Assembly (NCBI GenBank): GCA_036231405.1 | Contig: JAZAHK010000036.1 | Coordinates: forward strand, 1 to 44,555 | DNA: 44,555 nucleotides | Reading direction: 5' to 3' | Origin: Nitrospinota bacterium | Lineage (GTDB): Bacteria > UBA8248 | Part shown: piece by piece, positions 30,415 to 39,881 of the stretch | Position numbering within the stretch: the stretch's first letter is position 1 | How the letters are laid out: each line of letters opens with the position of its first letter | Made by a program: the position numbers and the translations under genes | Notes under the pieces: generated by a model | What the model was told of the DNA's origin: nothing | Database searches by the model: none | What the model saw: the letters and a program-made list of their open reading frames with translations, nothing else

Positions 30415-31182
30415 ATGGAAAATGCTCAAACTGTCCATTATGAGATCAAAGATCACGTTGCGTGGATCACACTGAATAGACCAGGGAAAAAAAACGCCAT
30501 CAACAGGGCGATGCGTAAAGAAATCCAAGATGCCTATACAGATGTAAAATTCAATGATGATGTATGGGCTGCAGTAATCACGGGAAAAGGCGATGTGTTT
30601 TGTGCGGGAAAAGACCTTGTAGAGAAACTGCCCGAAGATGATGGAAAAGTAATGTCCAACGACGAATTATATTTATTTCTGAGACATATATATAAACCAG
30701 TTATTTGTGCGATCAATGGTCCCTGCCTAGCGCAGGGTGGTGGATTCGCACTTAATTCCGATATCGTTATTATGAGTGAGAATGCTTGTTTAGGCTGGCC
30801 TCAAGTTAAAAGAGGAATATCTTCAGTGAGTGGGCCGACCTTACTTGCACAGGCAATCCCATGGACACAAGCAATGGGCTACTTAATGAGAGCAAAATTC
30901 ATTCCAGCAAAAGATTGTCTTCGCATTGGAATTGCAAATGAAATTGTGCCTATTGAAGAACTCACTAATACTGCAGACCGTTGGGCTAAAGAAATTCTTT
31001 CGAATGCGCCTGCGGCTGTTTGTGCCGTAAAAGAAGCAGCCCGGAGAGGGGAACACCTTCCGTTTGTAGACAGAGTGTTCTTAGCCAGGGATGTTGCCAA
31101 CAAGGTGCTTCAAACAGAAGATTCAAAAGAGGGGATAAGAGCTTTTATAGAAAAAAGAGAACCAAAATGGAAAGGCAAATAA
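30415..31182 (+). CDS. Enoyl-CoA hydratase/isomerase (crotonase) superfamily protein
   Basis: ITLNRP.K.NA, FCAGKDL, KPVICAING, EG..AF.EKR.P.W.G. Confidence 0.92.
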   Translation: MENAQTVHYEIKDHVAWITLNRPGKKNAINRAMRKEIQDAYTDVKFNDDVWAAVITGKGDVFCAGKDLVEKLPEDDGKVMSNDELYLFLRHIYKPVICAINGPCLAQGGGFALNSDIVIMSENACLGWPQVKRGISSVSGPTLLAQAIPWTQAMGYLMRAKFIPAKDCLRIGIANEIVPIEELTNTADRWAKEILSNAPAAVCAVKEAARRGEHLPFVDRVFLARDVANKVLQTEDSKEGIRAFIEKREPKWKGK

Positions 31183-32387
31183 TTTCAGAAAATTCATCGA
31201 ATCCTCCTCTGATCGGACTAAAAGTTTTTGATATGACCCAGGTTATTGCAGGCCCTTTCTGTACAACTATGTTAGCAGATCTTGGTGCTGAAATAGTCAA
31301 ACTTGAACGACCCCCCAGCGGCGACGACACAAGAACAGTCGGACGATACAAAGGACGAGAAAATCACGAAGACTATTTCTTTGCCAACAACAGATCAAAA
31401 AAAAGCATAGTTCTTAACCTTAAAAAAGAAACGGACCGTCTTGCAGCTATAGCACTCGCAAATAAAGCTGATGTTTGTGTAGAAAATTTAGCTATTGGAA
31501 CCGCAGAAAAATTCGGTCTTGGTTGGAACAATCTTCAGAAAGAAAATCCAAAACTTGTCTATTGTTCAATATCAGGATTTGGACAAACTGGTCCTTATAA
31601 AAATCGTGTTGCGTTAGATCCAATTCTTCAATCGATTTCAGGAATGATGAGTATAACAGGACAGCCAGAAGGTGAACCCATGCAAGTGGGAGCTCCCATT
31701 GCAGATTCAATTGCAGGGATGTTTGCCGCATATTCGATTTTAGGTGCTTTGCATGCTGCTGAAAAAGAAGGCAAGGGAAGGTATATTGATATTAGTATGC
31801 AAGACTCGACCCTCGCTGTTTTAGGTCCACGTATGGGAGAAATTTTACAAGCTGGAATTTCACCAGCTCGATATGGAAATGAAAATCCAATGCGCGTTCC
31901 AGCGAATACATATAAAACTAAAGATGGGAAAAATATAACCGTAATTGTTCAAAATGACAGGTATTGGAAACCCTTTTGTATTGCCCTTAAAAAAGAAGAT
32001 TGGATAGATGACTCTCGTTTTTCTACAATGGAAGGCAGAAGAAAACATCGTGATAAAATTGATCAAGTGACCACTCAGTATTTTAGTTCAAATACGTCAG
32101 ATTATTGGGCTAACAGACTTGAGAAGGAGCGTGTCCCATTCGCTTTTGTAAATGATTACAAAGCAGCCGTAGAAGATCCACAGGTTAAACATCGAGGTTT
32201 AATACAAACTATTTCACATCCTATATCGGGAGAAATTAGAGTCGTTGGTCCTCCTTGGAAAATGAGTGGTTCACAAGCAAAAATAACTCGTCCACCGTTA
32301 TTAGGAGAACACACTTTAGAGGTCTTAAAAGAATGGCTAAACTGGAATGATGATCAAATACAAGAATTTCAAAAAAAGAGAGCTTAA
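31167..32387 (+). CDS. CaiB/BaiF family (class III) CoA-transferase
   Basis: PLIGLKV.D, AGP..LADLGAE, NRSKKS, SISGFGQTGP, IAD catalytic Asp, PPLLGEH. ATG 31167 overlaps the crotonase end. Confidence 0.94.
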   Translation: MERQIISENSSNPPLIGLKVFDMTQVIAGPFCTTMLADLGAEIVKLERPPSGDDTRTVGRYKGRENHEDYFFANNRSKKSIVLNLKKETDRLAAIALANKADVCVENLAIGTAEKFGLGWNNLQKENPKLVYCSISGFGQTGPYKNRVALDPILQSISGMMSITGQPEGEPMQVGAPIADSIAGMFAAYSILGALHAAEKEGKGRYIDISMQDSTLAVLGPRMGEILQAGISPARYGNENPMRVPANTYKTKDGKNITVIVQNDRYWKPFCIALKKEDWIDDSRFSTMEGRRKHRDKIDQVTTQYFSSNTSDYWANRLEKERVPFAFVNDYKAAVEDPQVKHRGLIQTISHPISGEIRVVGPPWKMSGSQAKITRPPLLGEHTLEVLKEWLNWNDDQIQEFQKKRA

Positions 32388-32535
32388 ATTACATAATTGG
32401 TAAAAAAAATTTGAAATTTTTAGTCCGATTATAGTTGATAGAACCAGTCACATCATATTAGAATCACATTTTTGGATGCAGAGTCGTATTTTTTTGCTTT
32501 TTTTCATTTAACAGTCGCCGGAGGGCATTTTTGAT

Positions 32536-33210
32536 ATGATGAGTTGGCTCCCTGAGAATATTTCATTAGAGGGGAAAGAAGTCGATTTTTTCTTTTATGT
32601 TTCTTACTACCTAACAAATATAACTTTTATCATCGTTGCAATAACTATGGCAGTTTTTCTGATAAGATACAGGCAAAAACCAGGGAAAAAAGCAAAATAT
32701 ACACACGGGAACAATACTCTTGAAATTGTATGGACCATAGTTCCTACAGTCATTTTACTTGTATTTGTTCTGATGACCCAAGCTTCTTGGGCAAGATTAA
32801 AATACACTCCTCCTACTAATCCAGACGTCAGGGTAGAAATTATTGGCAAACAGTTTAACTGGGTAATTGTTTACCCCGGTCCAGATAAAAAATTTGGAAC
32901 TTCTGACGATTTAAAACTAGACAATCAGCTTAATGTCCCCGTTAATAAACAGGTACTTATTACACTAAAGGGAGAAGACGTTATTCACAGTTTATTTATT
33001 CCTGCCGCAAGATTAAAACAGGATATCCTTCCTGGGAGAAAAACCCCTTTTTGGTTTACTCCAATCAAGACAGGGAAATACGAAATGCCTTGTGCTGAGT
33101 TATGTGGTGTCGGACACTCAGGAATGAAGGGTGAGTTAGTTGTGCATACTGAAAAAAGCTACCAGGAATGGTTAAAAACCGCTTGGACCAAAAAAGAAGA
33201 AAAACCTTAA
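32536..33210 (+). CDS. coxB: Cytochrome c oxidase subunit II (CuA)
   Basis: Two TM helices, LEIVWT, QFNW, DVIHS, CAELCGVGHSGM. Confidence 0.96.
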   Translation: MMSWLPENISLEGKEVDFFFYVSYYLTNITFIIVAITMAVFLIRYRQKPGKKAKYTHGNNTLEIVWTIVPTVILLVFVLMTQASWARLKYTPPTNPDVRVEIIGKQFNWVIVYPGPDKKFGTSDDLKLDNQLNVPVNKQVLITLKGEDVIHSLFIPAARLKQDILPGRKTPFWFTPIKTGKYEMPCAELCGVGHSGMKGELVVHTEKSYQEWLKTAWTKKEEKP

Positions 33211-33242
33211 AATTCTAAAATTAAATTGAGGGCAACCCAAGC

Positions 33243-35219
33243 ATGAGCGAATCAAATCATACGAGTTCAACACATGACGATCACCACTCACATGGTGGAT
33301 TCTGGAGCACCTATATTTTTTCAACTGATCACAAGACCATCGGAAAACAATTTTTATGGCTTGGTCTAATAATGATGATTGTTGGCGGTCTTCTTGCCCT
33401 AATGTTTAGATGGCAATTAGCGTGGCCAGTTGAAAAATTTGATTCGGCTATATGGGGACTAGGTTGGCTTTCAGATGAAAACCCATTTCTTCCTGAAGGG
33501 AAGATGGGTCCTGATGTCTATAATATGTTTGTCACTATGCATGCAACAATAATGGTCTTTTTAGTTGTTATGCCCATCCTAGTTGGATGCTTCGGAAACT
33601 TCCTTATCCCCTTAATGATTGGTGCACGAGACATGGCGTTTCCATGGCTTAATTTACTTTCATTCTGGGCCGCAGTTTTGGGTGCGATTGTAATGTCATG
33701 CGGGTTTTTCGTTGAAGGAGGTCACGCTTCGGCAGGATGGACTGGTTATGCTCCTTTGTCTACTGTTTCAGACTATTCAGGGGTAGAATGGGGACAGAAT
33801 TTATGGGCAATTAGTCTTTTCATCCTAAGCCTCTCTTCCTTGATGGGTTCGGTAAATTACATCACAACAATTATAAATATGCGTACAAAAGGGATGAATT
33901 GGTTTAGAATGCCTCTCTCCGTTTGGGCACTTTTCGTCACAGCCATTCTTGGGTTGCTGGCATTACCGATTCTGGGTTCCGCGTGTGCTCTTATGATTTT
34001 TGATAGAGTTTTTGACACAGCTTTTTTCAATCCTGCTAAAGGAGGAGAACCACTCTTATGGCAGCACCTTTTCTGGTATTTCGGACATCCAGAAGTTTAT
34101 ATTCTTATTCTTCCGGCAATGGGTATGGCTTCGGATATATTGAGTGTTTTCTCAAGGAAACCTATTTTCGGTTATAGGGCAATGGTCTATGCAATGTCTT
34201 CTATTGCATTCCTCTCGTGGATCGTTTGGGGTCATCATATGTTCCAATCTGGGATGAATCCAGCTTTAGGAACCGCATTTATGATGACTACACTAGTCAT
34301 TGCGATTCCGTCCGCCATAAAAACATTCAACTGGCTAGGAACTCTTTGGGGAGGTTCTATTAGATTTACCCTTCCAATGCTGCATGGATTAGCTTTTGTT
34401 ATTCTTTTTGTGGTAGGGGGTCTCAGTGGAATCTACATGGCTTCAAATGTCGTAGATATTTACATACATGACACCTACTTTATTGTTGCTCATTTTCATT
34501 ATGTCATATTTGGTGGAACAATTTTTGCTATTTTCGGAGGCATTGCTTATTGGTTTCCAAAAATGTTTGGAACCTATTTTGACAGCGCATTAGGGAAGGT
34601 ACATTTTTGGCTAACATTTATTTTCTTCAATTTAGCTTTTTTCCCGATGCACATTTTAGGAGTTGGTGGGCATATGAGAAGAATTTATGATCCTACCCAA
34701 TATGAGTATTTAGCAGATCTACAGCCGATGAATGTTTTTATAACTTTAGCTGCTGCAGGTATGGGTCTGGGTCAAATTCCATTTGCTTTAAATTTCTTCG
34801 GTAGTGTGTTTAGTTTAAGTGGAAAAGTTTACAAATCCTTCACACAAATCCTCACAAGCTTAATTGTTGCATTCATTTCTTATAAGTCTGTCGCATTTCT
34901 TCTAGAAGGAATAACGAAACCTGTTATTACTAATACAAGCAGAACAGTTTCCGGTATTGTCTCAATTGTTTTGTTTATACTTGTTTATCGTTATCTGGTC
35001 AGTAATATGAAAACTCTTGGAGAGCCTGCTGTTCAAAATCCTTGGGATGCAAACACACTTGAATGGGTAGCTCCAACGCCAACGCCTCACGGCAACTTTG
35101 GTCCTGAGTTGCCTGTGGTATTCAGGAACCCTTACGAATATAGCGTTCCAGGAGAAAATGAAGATTGGGCTCCTCAAACTACCCCTTTAAAACCTCAGGC
35201 TGATGGGGCATCGCACTAG
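33243..35219 (+). CDS. coxA: Cytochrome c oxidase subunit I, type A1
   Basis: TDHKTIG (D-channel), TMH, GWTGY, FGHPEVY, WGHH, PSAIK (K-channel), HDTY..AHFH, MRR. Confidence 0.97.
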   Translation: MSESNHTSSTHDDHHSHGGFWSTYIFSTDHKTIGKQFLWLGLIMMIVGGLLALMFRWQLAWPVEKFDSAIWGLGWLSDENPFLPEGKMGPDVYNMFVTMHATIMVFLVVMPILVGCFGNFLIPLMIGARDMAFPWLNLLSFWAAVLGAIVMSCGFFVEGGHASAGWTGYAPLSTVSDYSGVEWGQNLWAISLFILSLSSLMGSVNYITTIINMRTKGMNWFRMPLSVWALFVTAILGLLALPILGSACALMIFDRVFDTAFFNPAKGGEPLLWQHLFWYFGHPEVYILILPAMGMASDILSVFSRKPIFGYRAMVYAMSSIAFLSWIVWGHHMFQSGMNPALGTAFMMTTLVIAIPSAIKTFNWLGTLWGGSIRFTLPMLHGLAFVILFVVGGLSGIYMASNVVDIYIHDTYFIVAHFHYVIFGGTIFAIFGGIAYWFPKMFGTYFDSALGKVHFWLTFIFFNLAFFPMHILGVGGHMRRIYDPTQYEYLADLQPMNVFITLAAAGMGLGQIPFALNFFGSVFSLSGKVYKSFTQILTSLIVAFISYKSVAFLLEGITKPVITNTSRTVSGIVSIVLFILVYRYLVSNMKTLGEPAVQNPWDANTLEWVAPTPTPHGNFGPELPVVFRNPYEYSVPGENEDWAPQTTPLKPQADGASH

Positions 35220-35238
35220 TTTTATAGAGGTTTTCAAA

Positions 35239-36192
35239 ATGTTTCCTCTTGAAGTTCCATCCCGAACAAGAGATAGAATATCAAATACAGCAGTATGGGC
35301 ACATCGCTTCTGTACACTTTCCTGTCTAGTAACTGTTGTTCTTATTTTATTTGGTGGTTTGGTGACTAGCATGGGCGCAGGACTTGCTGTGCCAGACTGG
35401 CCTACGAGTTTCGGATATAATATGTTTTTATTCCCATGGTCAAAAATGATTGGTGGTATCTTTTATGAACATATGCATAGACTTTTAGGATCCGTCGTAG
35501 GAGTACTAACTGTTTCCACTTCAATAATTATTTTTTTGGTTGATACAAGAAAATGGTTAAAATACTTGTCTTTGTTAGCATGTGCTCTCGTAATCTTACA
35601 GGGTATCCTTGGTGGACTTAGGGTAGTACTGATAGAATTGGATTTCGCTATAGTACACGCATGTGTTGCTCAACTTTTTTTTGCACTAATGGTTGCAATC
35701 ACTCTGTTCACATCAAAAAGCTGGCTGCAAAATAAAAATTCAAATAGAATTGACCCAAAACTAAATCTTCTAAGTTTTTTGACTGTTTGCTCCATCTACG
35801 TTCAAACTATTTTAGGGGCAATTCTCCGACATACTGGGAAAATGCTAGAAGTTCATTTTATGTTTGCTTTTATTGTCGCATCACTAGTTATATGGGTCTG
35901 CGTACGTGTGAATAGAATTCATCACGACAATAAAGAAATTTTAAGAAATGCTAATTGGATAGGTATTATACTTTTTTTACAAATTGTCCTCGGGCTTTTT
36001 TCATTTATTCAAAAATACACTGTATTGGGCAAAAATTTTCCATACTCTGTTTTTTTAGTCTGCACTTCATTTCATGTTGTTTTTGGTGCACTTTTACTAG
36101 CATCAGGAATTACTCTTAGCCTTAGAATCTTACGTTTTCCTTTTCGGGATTCAAGAATTTTTAAATCAAACTCAATGGAAGTGAGCACATAA
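35239..36192 (+). CDS. ctaA: Heme A synthase (COX15/CtaA family)
   Basis: GGLVT..GAGLAVPDWP, EHMHR, QGILGG, HA, further His in the C-half. ATG 35239 follows GAGG. Confidence 0.9.
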   Translation: MFPLEVPSRTRDRISNTAVWAHRFCTLSCLVTVVLILFGGLVTSMGAGLAVPDWPTSFGYNMFLFPWSKMIGGIFYEHMHRLLGSVVGVLTVSTSIIIFLVDTRKWLKYLSLLACALVILQGILGGLRVVLIELDFAIVHACVAQLFFALMVAITLFTSKSWLQNKNSNRIDPKLNLLSFLTVCSIYVQTILGAILRHTGKMLEVHFMFAFIVASLVIWVCVRVNRIHHDNKEILRNANWIGIILFLQIVLGLFSFIQKYTVLGKNFPYSVFLVCTSFHVVFGALLLASGITLSLRILRFPFRDSRIFKSNSMEVST

Positions 36193-36193
36193 A

Positions 36194-37096
36194 ATGAGTT
36201 TCTTTGCTCAAACTACAAACTTAGAAAAATTTTCAGGGTATAGAAAATGCATTTTGTTCCTTAACCTAGTAAAACCTCGTCTTGTTCCTATGGTTCTTAT
36301 TGCTACTGCAGCAGGATTTTACTTAGGAACGCCTAAAAATGTGGAAATATTGACTCTTTTTCACGTTCTGCTAGGGACCGCTCTTTCTTCTGGCGGGACC
36401 TTGGCATTAAATCAAGTTTTAGAAAAAGATATTGATAAAAAAATGAAAAGAACAAAAGACAGACCCCTTCCGAGTGGTCACATCTTTATGCCTGAAGCTA
36501 TTCTATTTTCGTTTTTCCTCTTGATTTCAGGCTTGGTTTATTTGCTCATTTTTGCAAATTTTATCTGTAGTTTTGTTACTTTTGTTTCCGCGGCTATTTA
36601 TCTTCTTATTTATACTCCTTTAAAAACTAGATCCCCTCAGAATAGCATTATTGGTGCAATTCCTGGCGCAATTCCACCTTTAATTGGTTGGTCTGCTGCA
36701 AGTGGTTTTCTATCAATTGAATCATTTATCCTTTTTACGATCCTTTTTCTATGGCAAATCCCACATGCTTTAGCTATAGCAATTATGTACAGAGAAGAAT
36801 TTATTGCTGCGGGTATAAAATTATTGCCAATAGATGATCCAAAAGGAAGAAATACCTGCAGGCATATCATTATTTATTGTATGACACTCATCCCAATTGG
36901 AATGATGCCGAAGTTTGTAGGAATGGCAGGAAACATCTATTTTTTCTCATCGATAATTTTGGGGGTTGGATACTTGAGTTTCGGAATAATTCTATATCGA
37001 AATTATAGTATTTCCTCTGCGAGAAAGCTTTTTTACGCATCTCTTTTTTATTTACCTTTATTGCTTTTAACTATGATTTTCAACCACGTCAATTAA
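36194..37096 (+). CDS. ctaB: Protoheme IX farnesyltransferase (heme O synthase)
   Basis: LVKPRL, LNQ..E..ID..M.RT..RPLPSG, YTPLK, GAIPGAIPP..GW, WQIPH. Confidence 0.96.
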   Translation: MSFFAQTTNLEKFSGYRKCILFLNLVKPRLVPMVLIATAAGFYLGTPKNVEILTLFHVLLGTALSSGGTLALNQVLEKDIDKKMKRTKDRPLPSGHIFMPEAILFSFFLLISGLVYLLIFANFICSFVTFVSAAIYLLIYTPLKTRSPQNSIIGAIPGAIPPLIGWSAASGFLSIESFILFTILFLWQIPHALAIAIMYREEFIAAGIKLLPIDDPKGRNTCRHIIIYCMTLIPIGMMPKFVGMAGNIYFFSSIILGVGYLSFGIILYRNYSISSARKLFYASLFYLPLLLLTMIFNHVN

Positions 37097-37110
37097 AAGA
37101 GAATCCTTCT

Positions 37111-37221
37111 ATGAAAAATGAAAAACAAAAAAGAGGCAGTATAAAAACTATCTTCTTCCTGCTCGCTATAATAACAACTCTAGTTATTTCTTCTGTAATT
37201 ACTGTCTTATTGAAAAATTAA
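37111..37221 (+). CDS. Small single-TM protein, 36 aa (MKNEKQKRGSIKTIFFLLAIITTLVISSVITVLLKN), CoxF-like, not in ORF track
   Basis: Hand translation. Basic N-terminus plus one hydrophobic helix; fills the ctaB to subunit III gap. Confidence 0.6.
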   Translation: MKNEKQKRGSIKTIFFLLAIITTLVISSVITVLLKN

Positions 37222-37246
37222 TTTTTTATCTTAAAAGGCATATAAA

Positions 37247-37813
37247 TTGAACAAGTCTTTTGACAAAAATCTTGTTTCAAATTCTCACATTGCAATGCTC
37301 GTGTTTATTGCTGCAGAACTAATGTTTTTTTCTGGTCTTATTAGTACTTTTCTAGTTTTTCGATTTAGCGGAGACCCTTGGCCACCACCATTTCAGCCTA
37401 GACTGCCAATTCCTTTGACAGCTTTAAATACAATTATTTTGGCCATCAGTAGTTTTACTATGTGGCAAACTCAAAAAAAGGTTCAAAAAGGTACTGATTT
37501 TTTGTCTTCTTTTTCTTTAACAATTTTGCTTGGTGTTACTTTTCTGATTATTCAAGGATTCGAATGGATCAAGATGCTAAATTTTGGTCTGTCTGCAAAA
37601 TCAACCCCTTACGGTTCTACTTTTTACGTAATTATTGGAACTCATGGTGCACATGTTCTAGGAGCTGTTTTATGGCTTCTCTTACTATTCTTAAAAATAT
37701 TGATCAAAAAGCCAAATAAAAAAACAAATCCAAACTTATCTATTTGCGCTATGTACTGGCACATGGTCGTAGGATTATGGCCTATATTATTCATTTTAGT
37801 TTATTTAATCTAG
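37247..37813 (+). CDS. Heme-copper oxidase subunit III, short form (copy 1)
   Basis: FIAAELMFF, NTIIL..SS, LG..FL..Q..EW, YGSTFY...G.HG.HV, YWH.V. Confidence 0.92.
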   Translation: MNKSFDKNLVSNSHIAMLVFIAAELMFFSGLISTFLVFRFSGDPWPPPFQPRLPIPLTALNTIILAISSFTMWQTQKKVQKGTDFLSSFSLTILLGVTFLIIQGFEWIKMLNFGLSAKSTPYGSTFYVIIGTHGAHVLGAVLWLLLLFLKILIKKPNKKTNPNLSICAMYWHMVVGLWPILFILVYLI

Positions 37814-37870
37814 ATAATTTCAAAAGCCAGATTGATTGACATGTCTAATTCTAGTGGGCATAATTTTGCA

Positions 37871-38092
37871 ATGGAAAAGTTGTTTAGAACCATACATTTT
37901 ATGTTTTTTATTATTTTTCTGGCATTCTTAATGAAGCCCCTTAATGCTTTTGCATGCTCAGTTTGCGGTCAGAATGATTCTTTTTTTTGGAGTTTTCTTT
38001 TTTTAATTGTAATTCCGTATCTTATAGTTTTTTCTATAGTAGGGTACTTTTTATTATATAAAAGACAAAAACATGCGAAGCGAGATTGGTAG
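37871..38092 (+). CDS. Small exported or membrane protein with CxxC (cox-associated)
   Basis: Signal-like stretch ending AFA, then CSVC, then one TM helix and a basic tail. Start uncertain (37841, 37871 or 37901). Confidence 0.6.
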   Translation: MEKLFRTIHFMFFIIFLAFLMKPLNAFACSVCGQNDSFFWSFLFLIVIPYLIVFSIVGYFLLYKRQKHAKRDW

Positions 38093-38104
38093 AGGAGATG
38101 AATT

Positions 38105-38722
38105 TTGAGTGAAGCAGCTTCCGTAAGTCACGCAGTCGAACCAGCTGAAACTCCCTTGACTCCTGAAAGTTGGGGTAAGCTTGGAATGTGGGTTTTTCTA
38201 GCAGGTGATGCAATGTCATTTGGTACACTTCTTGCTGGTTATGCGCTTTTGAGAGGTTCCAGTGAAAATTGGCCTATACCAATAGATGTATTGGGAATAA
38301 ACTTAACTGCTTTCATGACCTTCCTACTTATTGTTAGCAGTGTAACAATGGTGAAAGGGTTAGACGCAATTAAAAATGGGGACAGTAAAGGCTTAGTGAA
38401 ATTTTTGTCATTTACGATTTTAGGAGGATTAATTTTTCTTGGTTTACAAGCTTACGAATGGACGCATCTTATACAATCTGGCCTTCTCGTTTCTGAAAAT
38501 CCACACGGAGATGGTCTGTTTGGTGCAACATTCTATGCCATTACAGGCTTCCACGGTTTACACGTTACTGGTGGTGTTATTTATTTAAGTTTTATAGCTT
38601 TTCGCGCAAATGCAGGTAAATATTCTTCGACAAACTGGAATCAGGTGGAAATTGTTGGTTTGTACTGGCATTTTGTTGATCTTGTTTGGATCTTAGTTTT
38701 TACATTTATTTATTTATTATAA
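38105..38722 (+). CDS. Heme-copper oxidase subunit III, short form (copy 2)
   Basis: KLGMWVFL..D, TFLL..SS.TM, FL..QAYEW, FY.ITGFHG.HV, GLYWHFVD.VW. Confidence 0.94.
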   Translation: MSEAASVSHAVEPAETPLTPESWGKLGMWVFLAGDAMSFGTLLAGYALLRGSSENWPIPIDVLGINLTAFMTFLLIVSSVTMVKGLDAIKNGDSKGLVKFLSFTILGGLIFLGLQAYEWTHLIQSGLLVSENPHGDGLFGATFYAITGFHGLHVTGGVIYLSFIAFRANAGKYSSTNWNQVEIVGLYWHFVDLVWILVFTFIYLL

Positions 38723-38744
38723 ATTTGCTTGGAGAAATACAGAT

Positions 38745-39038
38745 ATGGCATCAGAAAATCACAGCCACGAAGAACACCATACAAACTATATGACTATTTT
38801 TTGGTGGTTGCTTGCTCTAACTATTTTAGAGGTTCTCGCAGGAATTCCAGCAGCAAGCCCTTCGTATCCACAGATTTTAAAAGCTACAGTTCTTGTAGGA
38901 TTTGCGGTTGTGAAAGCTGCACTAGTTGCGCTTTATTTTATGCATCTGAAGTTCGAAAAAAGTGCTCTAGGGTATATTGCACTCATTCCTTTCGTGCTAT
39001 GTGTTTTTGTAGTACTTATGGTGCTTCCTGACTTCTAA
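38745..39038 (+). CDS. Cytochrome c oxidase subunit IV family protein
   Basis: Y..IF..L..LT..EV, KAALVALYFMHLKFE. Confidence 0.9.
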   Translation: MASENHSHEEHHTNYMTIFWWLLALTILEVLAGIPAASPSYPQILKATVLVGFAVVKAALVALYFMHLKFEKSALGYIALIPFVLCVFVVLMVLPDF

Positions 39039-39076
39039 AGTCACCCTTAAGGCTCTTTTTTCAAGGACGTTTAGAG

Positions 39077-39502
39077 TTGTCTTTCCAAGACCTTCCCACT
39101 GTCAATGCACTCTTAAATGGACTAAGTGCTATTTTCCTAGTGAGTGGCTATTTTCAAATCCGTAGGGGAGAGCCTATTAAGCACAAATTTCTCATGATGA
39201 GTGCTTTTACCATCTCGATTATTTTTTTGATTTGCTACTTAATTTATCATTTTCAAGTTGGTTCAGTTGGTTTTAAAGGCCAGGGATTTATAAGACCTGT
39301 TTACTTTACTATTTTAATTTCTCATACGATTCTCGCTGCACTAGTTCCACCATTGGCTATCAGTGCGATTTACAGAGCTTTCAAGGGTCAACTTGTGAAA
39401 CATAAAAAAATTGCCCGATGGACTTTTCCTATATGGTTATACGTTTCGATAACTGGCGTTATAATTTATCTAATGCTTTACGTTTTTTATCCAAGCGTAT
39501 AA
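39077..39502 (+). CDS. DUF420 (CtaM/YozB-like) oxidase assembly membrane protein
   Basis: LP.VNA.LN, H...M, FL..Y..YH, Y..ILISH..LA, H.K.ARW..PIWLYVS.TG. Confidence 0.9.
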   Translation: MSFQDLPTVNALLNGLSAIFLVSGYFQIRRGEPIKHKFLMMSAFTISIIFLICYLIYHFQVGSVGFKGQGFIRPVYFTILISHTILAALVPPLAISAIYRAFKGQLVKHKKIARWTFPIWLYVSITGVIIYLMLYVFYPSV

Positions 39503-39876
39503 TGACTTTTTACAATCACGTAAAAAATGCATTTTCACTTAAATGTCCTAGTTGTATGCAAGATCGTATTTTTGCTGGGATCCTAAAAATGCATACGAAA
39601 TGCAGGAATTGTCTATATATATATGAACTGGAACAGGGGTATTTTATCGGAGCAATTTATATTAACTATGCAACAACGGTCTTTGCTTGTTTTATTTTAT
39701 ATACCATTATAAGTTTTATTTTTTTACTGAGATTAGAATATTTGATAATTATTTTATCTTTATTCTGTGTCATTTTCCCTATTTATTTTTTTCGTTTTTC
39801 AAGATCGTTATGGATAAATATAGACTTTTTTATAAATAAAAAAGTTATGACCCCTTCACAAAAGCAAGCGTTATAA
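39502..39876 (+). CDS. DUF983-like protein (CxxC...CxxC plus two TM helices)
   Basis: CPSC...CRNC, E.GYF.GA.Y.NY, R.SR.LW. ATG overlaps the upstream TAA. Confidence 0.78.
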   Translation: MTFYNHVKNAFSLKCPSCMQDRIFAGILKMHTKCRNCLYIYELEQGYFIGAIYINYATTVFACFILYTIISFIFLLRLEYLIIILSLFCVIFPIYFFRFSRSLWINIDFFINKKVMTPSQKQAL

Positions 39877-39881
39877 AAATC

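Noticed and set aside
32435-32464. TTGATA-N18-TAGAAT possible sigma-70 promoter for the cox operon
   Set aside because: Plausible, but not distinguishable from background in AT-rich DNA without TSS data.
38729-39031. 100-aa Cys-rich ORF
   Set aside because: Alternative frame of the subunit IV gene, which has the clear family motif.
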